A DNA stretch of 64,000 nt from an uncultured Oscillospiraceae bacterium (GTDB lineage: Bacteria > Bacillota > Clostridia > Saccharofermentanales > Fastidiosipilaceae), in NCBI GenBank assembly GCA_964558445.1, contig CAZLEA010000001.1, positions 66,236 through 130,235 of the forward strand. Reading direction: 5' to 3'. Under the pieces are notes generated by a model that had not been told where the DNA came from, did no database searches, and saw only the letters and a list, made by a program, of their open reading frames with translations. A program made the translations under genes and the position numbers. Numbering within the stretch: position 1 is the stretch's first letter; the number at the start of each line of letters is the position of its first letter. Below, in pieces: positions 18,887 to 28,349 of the stretch.

Positions 18887-18931
18887 GTCTACTCCTCTTA
18901 TCTCTCCGACCGAATCGGTCGATTGTCTATA

Positions 18932-19543
18932 TTAATTCCACTCACCACGGCTGAAGCGGTCGACCGCCTCCGCCAAGATAACTTGCTCAGCTTCCTGCAT
19001 CACACGAGCTTGCAGGCTCTCGGGACTATCATCTTCTAGTACCGAAACCTCTCTCTGTAGGAGAATCGGTCCCTCGTCATAGATTGCGGTCACGAGGTGT
19101 ACCGTCGCACCACTGACCTTGTGACCTGCTGCCAAGACGGCCTCGTGCGGCTTGATACCGTAGAAGCCTTGACCGCCGAAGAGCGGCAGTAAGCTTGGGT
19201 GCACGTTGATGATGCGTCCCTCATACGAAGAGATGAACGAATCACCGAGGCGGGTCAGGAAGCCTGCCAAGACAACCAAGCCGATCTCATAGGGCCGGAG
19301 CGCATCTATCATAGCCAGATCATACGCTTCTTGGTTCTCATAATCTCGCTTCGAGATTATGAGGCAGGGTATCCCCGCCGCCTTCGCTCTCGCCTCGGCC
19401 TTCGTACCCGGTCTGGAGGCGATGACTACAGCCAGACGAACCAGCGGCAATCTCCCCGCTTGCTTGGCATCGATCAGCGTCTGAAGATTCGTTCCTCCGC
19501 CCGACACACAAACCGCAACATTCAACATCAACTCATCTGTCAT
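18932..19543 (-). CDS. purN: phosphoribosylglycinamide formyltransferase
   Basis: VCVSGGGTNLQ, LVVLAGFL, IINVHPSLLP and GATVHLV are PurN motifs. Start set at MTDELML (19543) with an AAGGA SD. Confidence 0.9.
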   Translation of the reverse strand: MTDELMLNVAVCVSGGGTNLQTLIDAKQAGRLPLVRLAVVIASRPGTKAEARAKAAGIPCLIISKRDYENQEAYDLAMIDALRPYEIGLVVLAGFLTRLGDSFISSYEGRIINVHPSLLPLFGGQGFYGIKPHEAVLAAGHKVSGATVHLVTAIYDEGPILLQREVSVLEDDSPESLQARVMQEAEQVILAEAVDRFSRGEWN

Positions 19544-19547
19544 CTGC

Positions 19548-21026
19548 TCAATCCTTATACTCGGTCTTGCGATAACCACCGGCTACCAGATCGACATCGT
19601 GCAGACGCTCTTCTGCTCCGCGCGGTGTGCGGGCGATGAAGTTTCCGTTGAAGCAAGCGGTGCAGGTGCCACAGGTGAGGCCCTTGACACTCTCCTTCAA
19701 GCCTTCCAGTGAAATATACTCGAGGCTATCGGCTCCGATCATGGCTTGGAGTTCATCCTTGGTCATATTGGCTGCGGACAATTCGTCTTGGGTCGGCATA
19801 TCGACACCGTAATAACAGGGGTAGGCGACAGGCGGAGCGGCGACGCGCAGATGCACTTCCTTGACACCCGCCTTCTTCAGCATGCTGACGACGTGTTTCG
19901 TTGTCGTACCGCGCACAACCGAGTCATCGATCAAGACAATTCGCTTACCCTCGATCGGCAGGCGAAGCGGCGAGAACTTCATCGCGACAGCGAGCTCTCG
20001 CTGAATCTGTGTCGGCTTGATGAAGCTTCTGCCGACATAGCGATTCTTCAAGATACCTTGTTGGTACGGTAGACCGAGCTCATCTGCATAACCCATGGCC
20101 GCGGTCAGACCGGAGTCCGGTGCGCCGATGACGAGGTCGACATCAGCCGGTGCTTCCCTTGCGAGAATCCGTCCGGCTTCTCTGCGGGATTCATAGATGG
20201 AGGCGCCGTCCACGACGCTGTCCGGCCTCGAGAAGTACACGTACTCGAAGAGACAGATTCTGCCCTGATCGCGTGCCGTCGTACGGAAGGTCTCTTGGAG
20301 GAACTCCGAGCGCATGCCGTCCTTCGTGATTGTAATTACTTCACCCGGATCCACATCACGTATGAAGGTGGCGCCGATCGCATCCAGTCCACAGGATTCA
20401 GACGCGAGAACATAGGCATCGTCTAGCTTACCGACACAAAGCGGCCGGATACCCAGCGGATCGCGAACGCCATAGAGCGCGTCCGTCGTCAGCAGTGTCA
20501 GGGCATATGAGCCGGTCACTTCCGCCATCGTCATGAAGATCGCGTCTTCCATACGCGAGGTCAAGATGCGGTTACGGGCGAGCAAGGTCAACAAGACTTC
20601 GGAATCGGACTCGCTGTTGAAGGCGGCACCGTTGTCCTCCAGCTTCTCGCGAATCTCTTCTGCGTTCGTAATCGAACCGTTGTGGCTCATCGCCACCTGG
20701 CCGTTTCTAGACTTCAGCATCAAGGGCATGAGGTCTGCCTCACCGACGCCGGTCTGCTTCGTCAAGTTGACGTGTCCGATCGCCGACGAGCCCTTCAGTA
20801 CGTTAAGCGTCACCTCATCGAACACTTCGACCACGAGGCCGTGTTCACGATGCGTAAAGAGCCTGTTACCCAAATTCACGCAGATACCGGCTGCTTCTTG
20901 TCCTCTGTGCTGTAGGGCAAACAGGCTGAAATAAGCCATGCGTGCCGCGTCCGTCCTCGTATCCGTCGTATCAAAAAAGCCGAACACACCGCATTTATCC
21001 ATCATCTCATGCTTCATCTTGCGCAA
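19548..21026 (-). CDS. purF: amidophosphoribosyltransferase
   Basis: CGVFGF N-terminal nucleophile, QHRGQEAAGI, a PRPP loop VLIDDSVVRGTT and C-terminal Cys residues. Confidence 0.93.
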   Translation of the reverse strand: MRKMKHEMMDKCGVFGFFDTTDTRTDAARMAYFSLFALQHRGQEAAGICVNLGNRLFTHREHGLVVEVFDEVTLNVLKGSSAIGHVNLTKQTGVGEADLMPLMLKSRNGQVAMSHNGSITNAEEIREKLEDNGAAFNSESDSEVLLTLLARNRILTSRMEDAIFMTMAEVTGSYALTLLTTDALYGVRDPLGIRPLCVGKLDDAYVLASESCGLDAIGATFIRDVDPGEVITITKDGMRSEFLQETFRTTARDQGRICLFEYVYFSRPDSVVDGASIYESRREAGRILAREAPADVDLVIGAPDSGLTAAMGYADELGLPYQQGILKNRYVGRSFIKPTQIQRELAVAMKFSPLRLPIEGKRIVLIDDSVVRGTTTKHVVSMLKKAGVKEVHLRVAAPPVAYPCYYGVDMPTQDELSAANMTKDELQAMIGADSLEYISLEGLKESVKGLTCGTCTACFNGNFIARTPRGAEERLHDVDLVAGGYRKTEYKD

Positions 21027-21035
21027 TACTCTCCG

Positions 21036-21542
21036 TTACTTCGCTTGTCTGTCGACCAGATAGCGCTGGAAGGCGTCATCCTTGGCACCTACCTTCGTCT
21101 TCAGTTCTTCTTTGTATGCATGTAGTTTCTTGCGAAGGTCCTCGGATCCCACACTGAGGATCTGCGCGGCCAAGATCGCGGCGTTTAGCGAACCGTTGAT
21201 CGCAACCGTGGCGACCGGGATCCCCGGGGGCATCTGTACTTCGGCCAAGAGAGCGTCCACACCGTTTAGCGGGCCTGAGGCGAGCGGTACACCGATCACC
21301 GGCAGCGTCGTAAACGCGGCCAAGACACCTGGTAGATGCGCGGCTAGGCCGGCTGCGGCAATCACGACGCCGAAGCCGTTATCCTCGGCAGAGCCGGCTA
21401 ATTTCGCTGCACGATCCGGTGTGCGATGTGCCGAACAGATATGTGCCTCGAACGGAATACCGAAGGCGTCCAGCTGCGAGAAGCAAGCCTCCATCTGCGG
21501 GATATCCGAATCGCTTCCCATCATAATCAATACTTTGCTCAT
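21036..21542 (-). CDS. purE: 5-(carboxyamino)imidazole ribonucleotide mutase
   Basis: VLIMMGSDSD, SAHRTPD and AGLAAHLPGV are PurE motifs. Confidence 0.92.
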   Translation of the reverse strand: MSKVLIMMGSDSDIPQMEACFSQLDAFGIPFEAHICSAHRTPDRAAKLAGSAEDNGFGVVIAAAGLAAHLPGVLAAFTTLPVIGVPLASGPLNGVDALLAEVQMPPGIPVATVAINGSLNAAILAAQILSVGSEDLRKKLHAYKEELKTKVGAKDDAFQRYLVDRQAK

Positions 21543-21551
21543 GTGTAATCT

Positions 21552-22673
21552 CTAGTCCTTTCCTTGACTCTGCTGACTGCTGTAACTTAAGTAGGCGAAG
21601 ATGAAATCGTCTAGTTCTCCATCCATCACCGAGTTCACGTCACTGTCTTCGAAGTTCGTTCTGTGATCCTTGACCATCGTGTAGGGCATAAATACGTAAG
21701 AGCGGATCTGCGAGCCCCAGGCGATATCCATCTGGTCCCCCTTCAGATCCTCGATACGTTCCATATTCGCCGCCTTGGCCAGCGCAAACAGCTTGGCCTT
21801 GAGCATGTGCATCGCAAGATCACGGTTTTGGAACTGCGATCGCTCCGCCTGACTTGCCGTAACAAGGCCGGTCGGAAGGTGGGTCAGTCTGACGGCAGAC
21901 GAAGTCTTGTTAACGTGCTGACCGCCTGCACCGGACGCGCGATACACGTCCATCTTGATGTCTTCGGGGCGAATCTCGATGTTGATCGTATCGTCTAATT
22001 CCGGAATCACTTCGCAAGAGGCGAACGAGGTATGGCGTCTGCCGGACGAGTCAAACGGCGATACGCGCACCAGACGGTGAACACCGATCTCGGAGCGAAG
22101 ATAGCCATAAGCATTCTCACCGCTGATCTGTATCGAGACGCTCTTGAGGCCCGCTTCGTCTCCGTCCAGGATATCGATCACCTTGGTCTGGAATTCATGA
22201 TCGTCCGCCCAGCGCATATACATACGGTAGAGCATCTCGCACCAATCCTGTGCTTCCGTACCGCCCGCACCCGCATGCAGCGTCAAGATCGCATTCTTGT
22301 CATCATATTCGCCGGTGAAGAGTGTTTCCAGACGAAGCTTCTCCATATCGCTCTTCAGATGGGCAAGTTCCGTCTCTACCTCGCGCAGCATATCAAGGTC
22401 TTCGGCCTCGTTACCAAGCTCGCACATCAAGAGCAGCTCTTCGACCTTGTCTTCGAGGCTGTGGAAGTGCTCCACCTTACGCCTAAGATGGGTAATTCTC
22501 GTCTGTGTCTTCTGTGCCTCTTCGGCCTTGTCCCAGAAGCCCGGCTCCATGGCACGCGCCTCAAGCTCCGACGCTTCATCGTCGATTCTGCTGATATTCA
22601 GGGCTGATTTCAACTGCGCCAGAGGTTCGGTCTGGGCCTCAATCTCTAAGCGATACTGTTCGTATTCAAGCAT
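21552..22673 (-). CDS. prfB: peptide chain release factor 2, encoded without a programmed frameshift
   Basis: SPF tripeptide (VRVSPFDSSGRRHTSF) and GGQ (YRASGAGGQHVNKTSSAVRLTHLPTG). An uninterrupted 373-aa ORF from the N-terminal MLEYEQY. Confidence 0.93.
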   Translation of the reverse strand: MLEYEQYRLEIEAQTEPLAQLKSALNISRIDDEASELEARAMEPGFWDKAEEAQKTQTRITHLRRKVEHFHSLEDKVEELLLMCELGNEAEDLDMLREVETELAHLKSDMEKLRLETLFTGEYDDKNAILTLHAGAGGTEAQDWCEMLYRMYMRWADDHEFQTKVIDILDGDEAGLKSVSIQISGENAYGYLRSEIGVHRLVRVSPFDSSGRRHTSFASCEVIPELDDTINIEIRPEDIKMDVYRASGAGGQHVNKTSSAVRLTHLPTGLVTASQAERSQFQNRDLAMHMLKAKLFALAKAANMERIEDLKGDQMDIAWGSQIRSYVFMPYTMVKDHRTNFEDSDVNSVMDGELDDFIFAYLSYSSQQSQGKD

Positions 22674-22702
22674 GGGGGGATAATTCTCCTCAATCTAGAT
22701 TC

Positions 22703-23890
22703 CTATGATTCTCTTATGTCTGCCAAGAACGCTTCCAAGCGATCCATGGCTTCTTCGATATGTTCCAGGGATGCGGCGTAACTGATCCGAACGAAGCCCT
22801 CGCCGCTCTCACCAAACGCAGAGCCCGGGATGATGGCAACCTTCTGCCGCAACAAGAGCTCCTCGCAGAAGCGATTCGAATCGAGACCGCTCCCCCGGAT
22901 ATCCGGGAAGACGTAGAAGGCGCCTAGCGGTTCGAAACAAGGCAGGCCCATCTCGTTTAGACGCCTAACGAGCACGCGCCGCCTCTGATTATAGGCTTGA
23001 CGCATATGCTCGACCGATTCATCGCCGCTGCGAAGTGCCTCGATGGCCGCACTCTGAGCGAGAGTCGGTGCACTCATAATCACATATTGATGGATCTTGT
23101 TCATCGCCGCGATGATATCTGCAGGCCCCATCGCATAGCCGATGCGCCAGCCTGTCATGGCAAAGGCCTTCGAGAAGCCCCCTATCACCACAACGCGATC
23201 GCGAAGCGCTTCCACATGAGCCAGAGAGGCGAAGGTCGCCGGTTTGTAGACAAGCTCGGCATAGAGCTCATCGCTGATAATCAGAAGTTCCGGATTCGCC
23301 TCCAGCACCGGCACAAGCTCGGCCCAATTCGCCTCGCTCATCACCGCACCCGTCGGATTATTCGGATAAGCCAGGAGCAGAAGCTTCGTTTGCGGTGTGA
23401 TCGCCGCAGCCAAATCCTCGGCCTGTAGCTTGAACTCGTGCTTCGCTTCGAGCGGTAGAGCCACGGGCACGCCTCCGGACAAACTGACGCAAGCCGCATA
23501 AGCGACATAGGCCGGTTCGGGAATCAAGACTTCGTCGCCCGGGTTCAAGAGCGCACGGACCGCCATGTCGATCGCTTCGCTTCCACCGACGGTCACGAGG
23601 ATCTCGCTCACAGGATCGTATTGATAGCCATAGCGTCGTTCGGAGAACGTCGCGATCTCTTCGCGAAGCTCGATCATGCCCTGATTCGCTGTATAGTGCG
23701 TACGGCCACGCTCGAGAGAATAGATGCCTTCTTCACTGATATGCCACGGCGTCACGAAGTCGGGTTCGCCGATCGACAGCGAGATCACCTGCCCCTTGAG
23801 CTCATTGGCCATATCGAAGAAACGTCTGATGCCGGACGGTTTCAGATCCAGGACCCGCCTGGATAGCCGGTCTTGTACCTGTTTGCTCAT
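22703..23890 (-). CDS. class I/II pyridoxal-phosphate-dependent aminotransferase (aspartate aminotransferase-like)
   Basis: GEPDF, NPTG, and the SKAFAMTGWRIGY lysine motif. ATGA overlap with the upstream Lrp gene. Confidence 0.85.
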   Translation of the reverse strand: MSKQVQDRLSRRVLDLKPSGIRRFFDMANELKGQVISLSIGEPDFVTPWHISEEGIYSLERGRTHYTANQGMIELREEIATFSERRYGYQYDPVSEILVTVGGSEAIDMAVRALLNPGDEVLIPEPAYVAYAACVSLSGGVPVALPLEAKHEFKLQAEDLAAAITPQTKLLLLAYPNNPTGAVMSEANWAELVPVLEANPELLIISDELYAELVYKPATFASLAHVEALRDRVVVIGGFSKAFAMTGWRIGYAMGPADIIAAMNKIHQYVIMSAPTLAQSAAIEALRSGDESVEHMRQAYNQRRRVLVRRLNEMGLPCFEPLGAFYVFPDIRGSGLDSNRFCEELLLRQKVAIIPGSAFGESGEGFVRISYAASLEHIEEAMDRLEAFLADIRES

Positions 23891-24417
23891 AGCACCAGCA
23901 CCTCCCGCTCATCGTCCGGTGATTCGGTTAAGCTGTGGCCGTTCAATTTGTATTTCTTCAAAATAAAATGGGTTCGTGTAGACAGCACATCCTCGATCAC
24001 CGAGATCTTCTCCGACACAAACTCCGCAACCTCGCGCAGCGATCGACCTTCGACCGTCACCAAGAGGTCATAATCTCCGCTCATCAAGTAACAAGAGGAG
24101 ACTTCGTCGAAACTATAGATTCGCTTCGCGATGCGATCGAAGCCCCGTCCGCGCTGCGGTGTGACTCGCACCTCGATCAGGCCGGTGACGTCTTCATCGT
24201 TGGCCTTGGACCAATCGATCAAGGCACCGTAACCCAGAACGATGCGTTCGTCCTCCAGCTCCTTCATCAGGGTCTCGATGGTAGCCGTATCCGTACCGAG
24301 GCGATCGGCGATCTCATCTGCGCCAAGTCTGGCCTTCGCATGCAGTAGCCTAAGCAGTTGATCTCTGAGTTCGGTTTCTTCTTCCGTCCGTTGTGCACGC
24401 GTTTGTTTCTCATCCAT
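23887..24417 (-). CDS. Lrp/AsnC family transcriptional regulator
   Basis: HTH region LLRLLHAKARLGADEIADRLGTDTATI followed by an AsnC-type ligand-binding domain. Confidence 0.75.
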   Translation of the reverse strand: MDEKQTRAQRTEEETELRDQLLRLLHAKARLGADEIADRLGTDTATIETLMKELEDERIVLGYGALIDWSKANDEDVTGLIEVRVTPQRGRGFDRIAKRIYSFDEVSSCYLMSGDYDLLVTVEGRSLREVAEFVSEKISVIEDVLSTRTHFILKKYKLNGHSLTESPDDEREVLVL

Positions 24418-24460
24418 AACAGGCCTCCCCCTATTGGTTGCGGTTCACTCTGATTGCGGT

Positions 24461-25303
24461 TCACTTGCGATCCGATTTGTGTTTGCCATCATCCTCTTCT
24501 TGTCCGAGCAGGCTACGCATAGCCTCTTGCGGGTTTCGGTTGAAGAATTGTTGAAACGATAAGTAGCGTAATTGCTTGCCGAAGAATACATAACATAAGC
24601 CGATCAGGCGACCCAGAATCAAGGCACTGATCGCCGTAACCAGCGAGGATAACAAGACCCAAGTCAACTGATTGTTGCCGGAGATCGCACGAGTGATGTT
24701 CTCCAGTATCGATGTGAAGACTGAGATCAGGACAAACGAGAAGAACAAATAGAACTTGCGTCCCCTGGTGAGCTCGTAAGATTGTTGCAGTGCATCGCCG
24801 ATCTTAAGTCTCTGCTCTGTAATCAAGAGTGGGGCAAAGACAAACATCAGAGCACCCAACACAAACGGAATCATGAGCAAGAACATGCTGAGGAAGGCGG
24901 GTACGATCAAGAGTAAGAGTAACAAGAGTAGGCGGGGCAGCGAACGAGTGAAGTTCTTCACGCCCTTCATCGCAGGCATACCGTCTCGCTCGGCACTATA
25001 GGCTGCCGCATAGAAATAGCTCACGAAGAGATTCGCGATGAGTACAAGCATCTGCGTCCCCAAGAAGAGCAGGTTGCCGCCGGACAAGGCGGGTGGGTAC
25101 AAAATCATATGACTCTCACCGGTTTGCATCAGGGTCATCGAGCGAGTCATCCAAGCAGATAACGAGCTGAAGTCCGTATCGCCGATCGGATAGAGTATAC
25201 TTACTGCATTTAGGCCGAAGCAGAGCAGAAACAGGACTTGGACCAGTCTCTCTTGCTTCAGCTTGTAGAATTTCAATGCCTCTATGGCGATAACAAAGCT
25301 CAA
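24461..25303 (-). CDS. hypothetical polytopic membrane protein
   Basis: 280 aa with at least 6 hydrophobic segments; no family motif recognised. Confidence 0.55.
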   Translation of the reverse strand: MSFVIAIEALKFYKLKQERLVQVLFLLCFGLNAVSILYPIGDTDFSSLSAWMTRSMTLMQTGESHMILYPPALSGGNLLFLGTQMLVLIANLFVSYFYAAAYSAERDGMPAMKGVKNFTRSLPRLLLLLLLLIVPAFLSMFLLMIPFVLGALMFVFAPLLITEQRLKIGDALQQSYELTRGRKFYLFFSFVLISVFTSILENITRAISGNNQLTWVLLSSLVTAISALILGRLIGLCYVFFGKQLRYLSFQQFFNRNPQEAMRSLLGQEEDDGKHKSDRK

Positions 25304-25535
25304 ATGATTCTCCTATCCGGCGTATCGTCGCTGCGGCTGCGAACAAGCGCTTACCAAAGTATTATAACACCAAGCCAATAGCGGTGCGACAGCAGACAGA
25401 GGCTCTGGCTTACAGTATCTCGGATTTAGTATTTCTATTTTCATTCTTCATCTTTTTCGTAAATAGTTCACAAACTGTATTTGTTCAACTTTACTGTGCA
25501 AACTTCTCTTGGCCTATTTATTTTATGAAACTAGC

Positions 25536-25564
25536 TTGCGATTCAATAAACACTGTGGTATTAT
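25536..25564 (+). promoter_or_regulatory. putative promoter of the small zinc-ribbon gene
   Basis: TTGCGA (25536-25541), a 17-nt spacer ending TGG, then TATTAT (25559-25564). This would give a leader of about 105 nt. Confidence 0.4.
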
Positions 25565-25676
25565 CAGTCCAACGGAAACGTCCTAGATACTTTTTTGCTC
25601 CGGTCATGTCAGATTTACCTCTGAAGAAGGAACATTGTTTTTAGACAATCCGAATTCACAAGGAGGTAAAGTACGC

Positions 25677-25850
25677 ATGGCTGACAAGATGCTAAATTGT
25701 AAAGACTGTGGTTCTGAATTCGCTTTCACAGAAGGCGAGCAGGCCTTTTACAAGGAAAAGGGTTTTGAGAACGATCCCGTTCGCTGCCCCGATTGCCGCA
25801 GAGCTCGTAAGAACGCTCGCCGCAATAACAACAACTACGACAGATATTAA
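25677..25850 (+). CDS. small zinc-ribbon protein (CxxC...CxxC, zf-trcl-like)
   Basis: AGGAGG SD 8 nt before the ATG at 25677. MADKMLNCKDCGSEFAFTEGEQAFYKEKGFENDPVRCPDCRRARK matches the conserved small probable-zinc-ribbon family. Confidence 0.75.
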   Translation: MADKMLNCKDCGSEFAFTEGEQAFYKEKGFENDPVRCPDCRRARKNARRNNNNYDRY

Positions 25851-25910
25851 TTAGCTATCGTAGGAGACAGTCTTTGATGCACTTAGATGACTTGATGACT
25901 TGATCTCAAG

Positions 25911-25945
25911 AGAGCCATTCGATCGCGGTTGGATGGCTCTTTTAC
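25911..25945 (+). terminator. rho-independent terminator between convergent genes
   Basis: AGAGCCAT, a 14-nt loop, ATGGCTCT, followed by TTT. Confidence 0.55.
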
Positions 25946-25969
25946 TTATCTATATTGATTTATTGATGA

Positions 25970-27202
25970 CTAAGTTAAGTTGCGAATCACCAAGAGATCC
26001 TTGGACAAGCCGTTCTCTTCTTGCCACCGTCGAAGCTCCGCTTCAGTCACACCGCCAGCTCCTGATAAACTTAGTACGGGTCCGTCTTCGGTCTGCATAA
26101 GTTCGGCACCCCAGGCAGCGGGCCACTTGGCCTGCTCGAGGATTCTTCTCCCCCGTTCGCTAGATGCAAACAACACGGCGTCCACCGGATGTTCGCCATC
26201 CGTTGCCACGATTGCCTCATCATTCGTCCAGATCTCTGCCGACAAAGCGGCAAACGGCCGAATCAGCACTTGGATAATATCACTCAGGACACTGCTCGCC
26301 GTCGCCTGTCCGCCCGCACCCGGTCCGTAATAGAGGCAATCACCGATCTCGGATCCTTGAACCGCAAGCGCGTTATAAACGCCATCCACATTGTAGAGCG
26401 AGTGTTTGGGAGAAACCAGATAAGGAGCAACTCGAAGGTATAAGCCATGGTCATGCGTATCTGCCATCAGCGCGAGGAGCTTGATCTTCATCCCCCTAGC
26501 CTTCGCATAACGGATCTGCTCGGGACCGATGCGTCTTATGCCCTCCACGGCCACGCTTCGCCAGGGAACATATTCGCCTCTCACTCGGGACACGAGGATC
26601 GCAAGCTTGCGCGCGGTATCCAGGCCATCAACATCGTCCGTCGGATCGTGCTCCGCATAGCCAAGCGATTGCGCCATCGCAAGTGCTGTCCGGAAATCCT
26701 GCTGATCTCGATCCATCTCTTGGAGGATGAAGTTGGACGTCCCGTTCAAGATACCATGCATAGCCGTTATCTCGTTACCCGCGAGATCCTCGCCAAGACT
26801 TCGCACAAGCGGCGTGCCTCCTCCGACCGAAGCTTCGTAGAAGTAGTGACAAGCGTTCGCCTTCGCCAAGGCAAGTAGTTCCACGCCATGGGTCGCCACA
26901 AGCTCCTTGTTCGATGTCACCAGATGCTTGCCTGCCAGGAGCACTTGCTTGCTGTATTCATAAGCGGCTTCAACACCGCCGATCGTCTCGACAACCAGCT
27001 CGCAGGACGGATCGCCCAGGATCGTGTCGATCGATTCTGCCTCAAATGAAAAAAGCGGCGTACCGCTCAAGGATCGTCTATGCAGAATCCACTTCAGGCG
27101 AGGTCGCTTACCGAAGCGGACGGCCATGCGCTCCTCACTTCTGAGGAGCAGCGAAGCAACCGCACTGCCAACCACACCACAACCCAATATCGCTACGTTC
27201 AC
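25970..27202 (-). CDS. hom: homoserine dehydrogenase
   Basis: MNVAILGCGVVGSAV Rossmann start, LVTSNKE, GILNGTSNFIL and GYAE.DPT.D..G.D are Hom motifs. Confidence 0.88.
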   Translation of the reverse strand: MNVAILGCGVVGSAVASLLLRSEERMAVRFGKRPRLKWILHRRSLSGTPLFSFEAESIDTILGDPSCELVVETIGGVEAAYEYSKQVLLAGKHLVTSNKELVATHGVELLALAKANACHYFYEASVGGGTPLVRSLGEDLAGNEITAMHGILNGTSNFILQEMDRDQQDFRTALAMAQSLGYAEHDPTDDVDGLDTARKLAILVSRVRGEYVPWRSVAVEGIRRIGPEQIRYAKARGMKIKLLALMADTHDHGLYLRVAPYLVSPKHSLYNVDGVYNALAVQGSEIGDCLYYGPGAGGQATASSVLSDIIQVLIRPFAALSAEIWTNDEAIVATDGEHPVDAVLFASSERGRRILEQAKWPAAWGAELMQTEDGPVLSLSGAGGVTEAELRRWQEENGLSKDLLVIRNLT

Positions 27203-27211
27203 TTCGGCCTC

Positions 27212-27658
27212 CTATTCATCTCCTCTGGCCAATATCCGATGCGAACGGACGCCCGAAATCTTCGACAGGCGTGCGATTAATTCGGCCAGAGTACCGCTCA
27301 TCTCACGGGTTTCGAGCGAGACGCTGAGGTCTGCCAGGCCGTTGATCGGTATCCCCTGATTGATCGTCAAGACATTCACATGCTGTTCTGCGAGGCAAGA
27401 GAGTACGGCGGCCAAGACACCGGGCAGGTTCTCGACCACAAAGGACAAGGTAACAACATAACCGGCCGTAGTCTCGTAGAAAGGCAGGATCGAATCACGG
27501 TACTTGTAGAATGCACTTCTGGATATACCGACCACGCGGACCGCCTCGTTGACGGAAGAACACTTACCCGAGCTCAGCAGGCGCTTCACTTCCATCACCT
27601 TCAGAAATACTTCAGGTAAGACCGCAGACTTCACCAAATAGAATTCATTCTCTGCCAT
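27212..27658 (-). CDS. UPF0735 ACT domain-containing protein (PheB-like)
   Basis: FYLVKSAVLPEVFLKVMEVKRLL...VNEAVRVVGISRSAFYKYRDSI followed by an ACT domain. Start set at MAENEF with a GGGAGGA SD. Confidence 0.8.
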   Translation of the reverse strand: MAENEFYLVKSAVLPEVFLKVMEVKRLLSSGKCSSVNEAVRVVGISRSAFYKYRDSILPFYETTAGYVVTLSFVVENLPGVLAAVLSCLAEQHVNVLTINQGIPINGLADLSVSLETREMSGTLAELIARLSKISGVRSHRILARGDE

Positions 27659-27737
27659 TCGTTCCCTATCCTCCCCATGTGCACACATCGTCCACCTAAT
27701 ATAGCACAGGCAAGTCGGGCGAACAATTCACAAACGT

Positions 27738-28343
27738 TTACAAAAGTTCTTTAATTAACACTTCTCGCATCGCCTCCAGGGCCTTGGCACGATGCGACAG
27801 GCGATTCTTCAACACCGGATCGATCTGGGCCGTCGTCAGCTTGTACTCGGGCAGGTAGAAGATCGGATCGTAGCCGAAGCCGTTGGCGCCGCTTGCCTCT
27901 CTCGTTATCTCCCCCGAGACGATACCGTCTACTGTGAACGTACTGCCATCCGGCCGCATCACGGCGATCGTACAGTGAAACTTGGCAGAGGTGTCCGTAC
28001 GCCCACTCTCGTCCATCAAACGATAGAGCAGTCTGAACTTCTCGGGATATGTACTGCCCACACCGCCGAAGCGGGCAGAATACACGCCCGGTGCTCCGTC
28101 CAGTGCATCCACACAGAGGCCTGAATCATCGGCCATAATGTAGTCGTTCGGGTAGATATCCCGAAGCGCTCTCACCTTCAGCAGTGCATTCTCTTGGAAG
28201 CTGGTTCCGTTCTCTTCAATCTCTGTGTCGAAGCCGAGATCGAGAAGAGAGACGACTTCCAAGTCCAAATCCGCCAGTATTGCGCGTATCTCTTCTAGTT
28301 TATGCTCATTATGGCTTGCTACGATTAGTCTCATGTAGGTCAT
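27738..28343 (-). CDS. rdgB: non-canonical purine NTP (dITP/XTP) pyrophosphatase
   Basis: LIVASHNEHKLEEI, EENGTSFQENALLK, DDSGLCVDAL.G.PGVYSAR, FGYDPIF and SHR are RdgB/HAM1 motifs. Confidence 0.9.
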   Translation of the reverse strand: MTYMRLIVASHNEHKLEEIRAILADLDLEVVSLLDLGFDTEIEENGTSFQENALLKVRALRDIYPNDYIMADDSGLCVDALDGAPGVYSARFGGVGSTYPEKFRLLYRLMDESGRTDTSAKFHCTIAVMRPDGSTFTVDGIVSGEITREASGANGFGYDPIFYLPEYKLTTAQIDPVLKNRLSHRAKALEAMREVLIKELL

Positions 28344-28349
28344 CCGTTT

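Noticed and set aside
21552-22673. Expected programmed +1 frameshift site (CUU UGA C) in prfB.
   Set aside because: The ORF is continuous from its first Met through the GGQ domain, with no in-frame stop. No frameshift is needed.
25384-25644. 86-aa plus-strand ORF in the AT-rich intergenic region.
   Set aside because: It has no SD and a low-complexity Phe/Ile-rich sequence. It spans the predicted promoter and leader of the zinc-ribbon gene.
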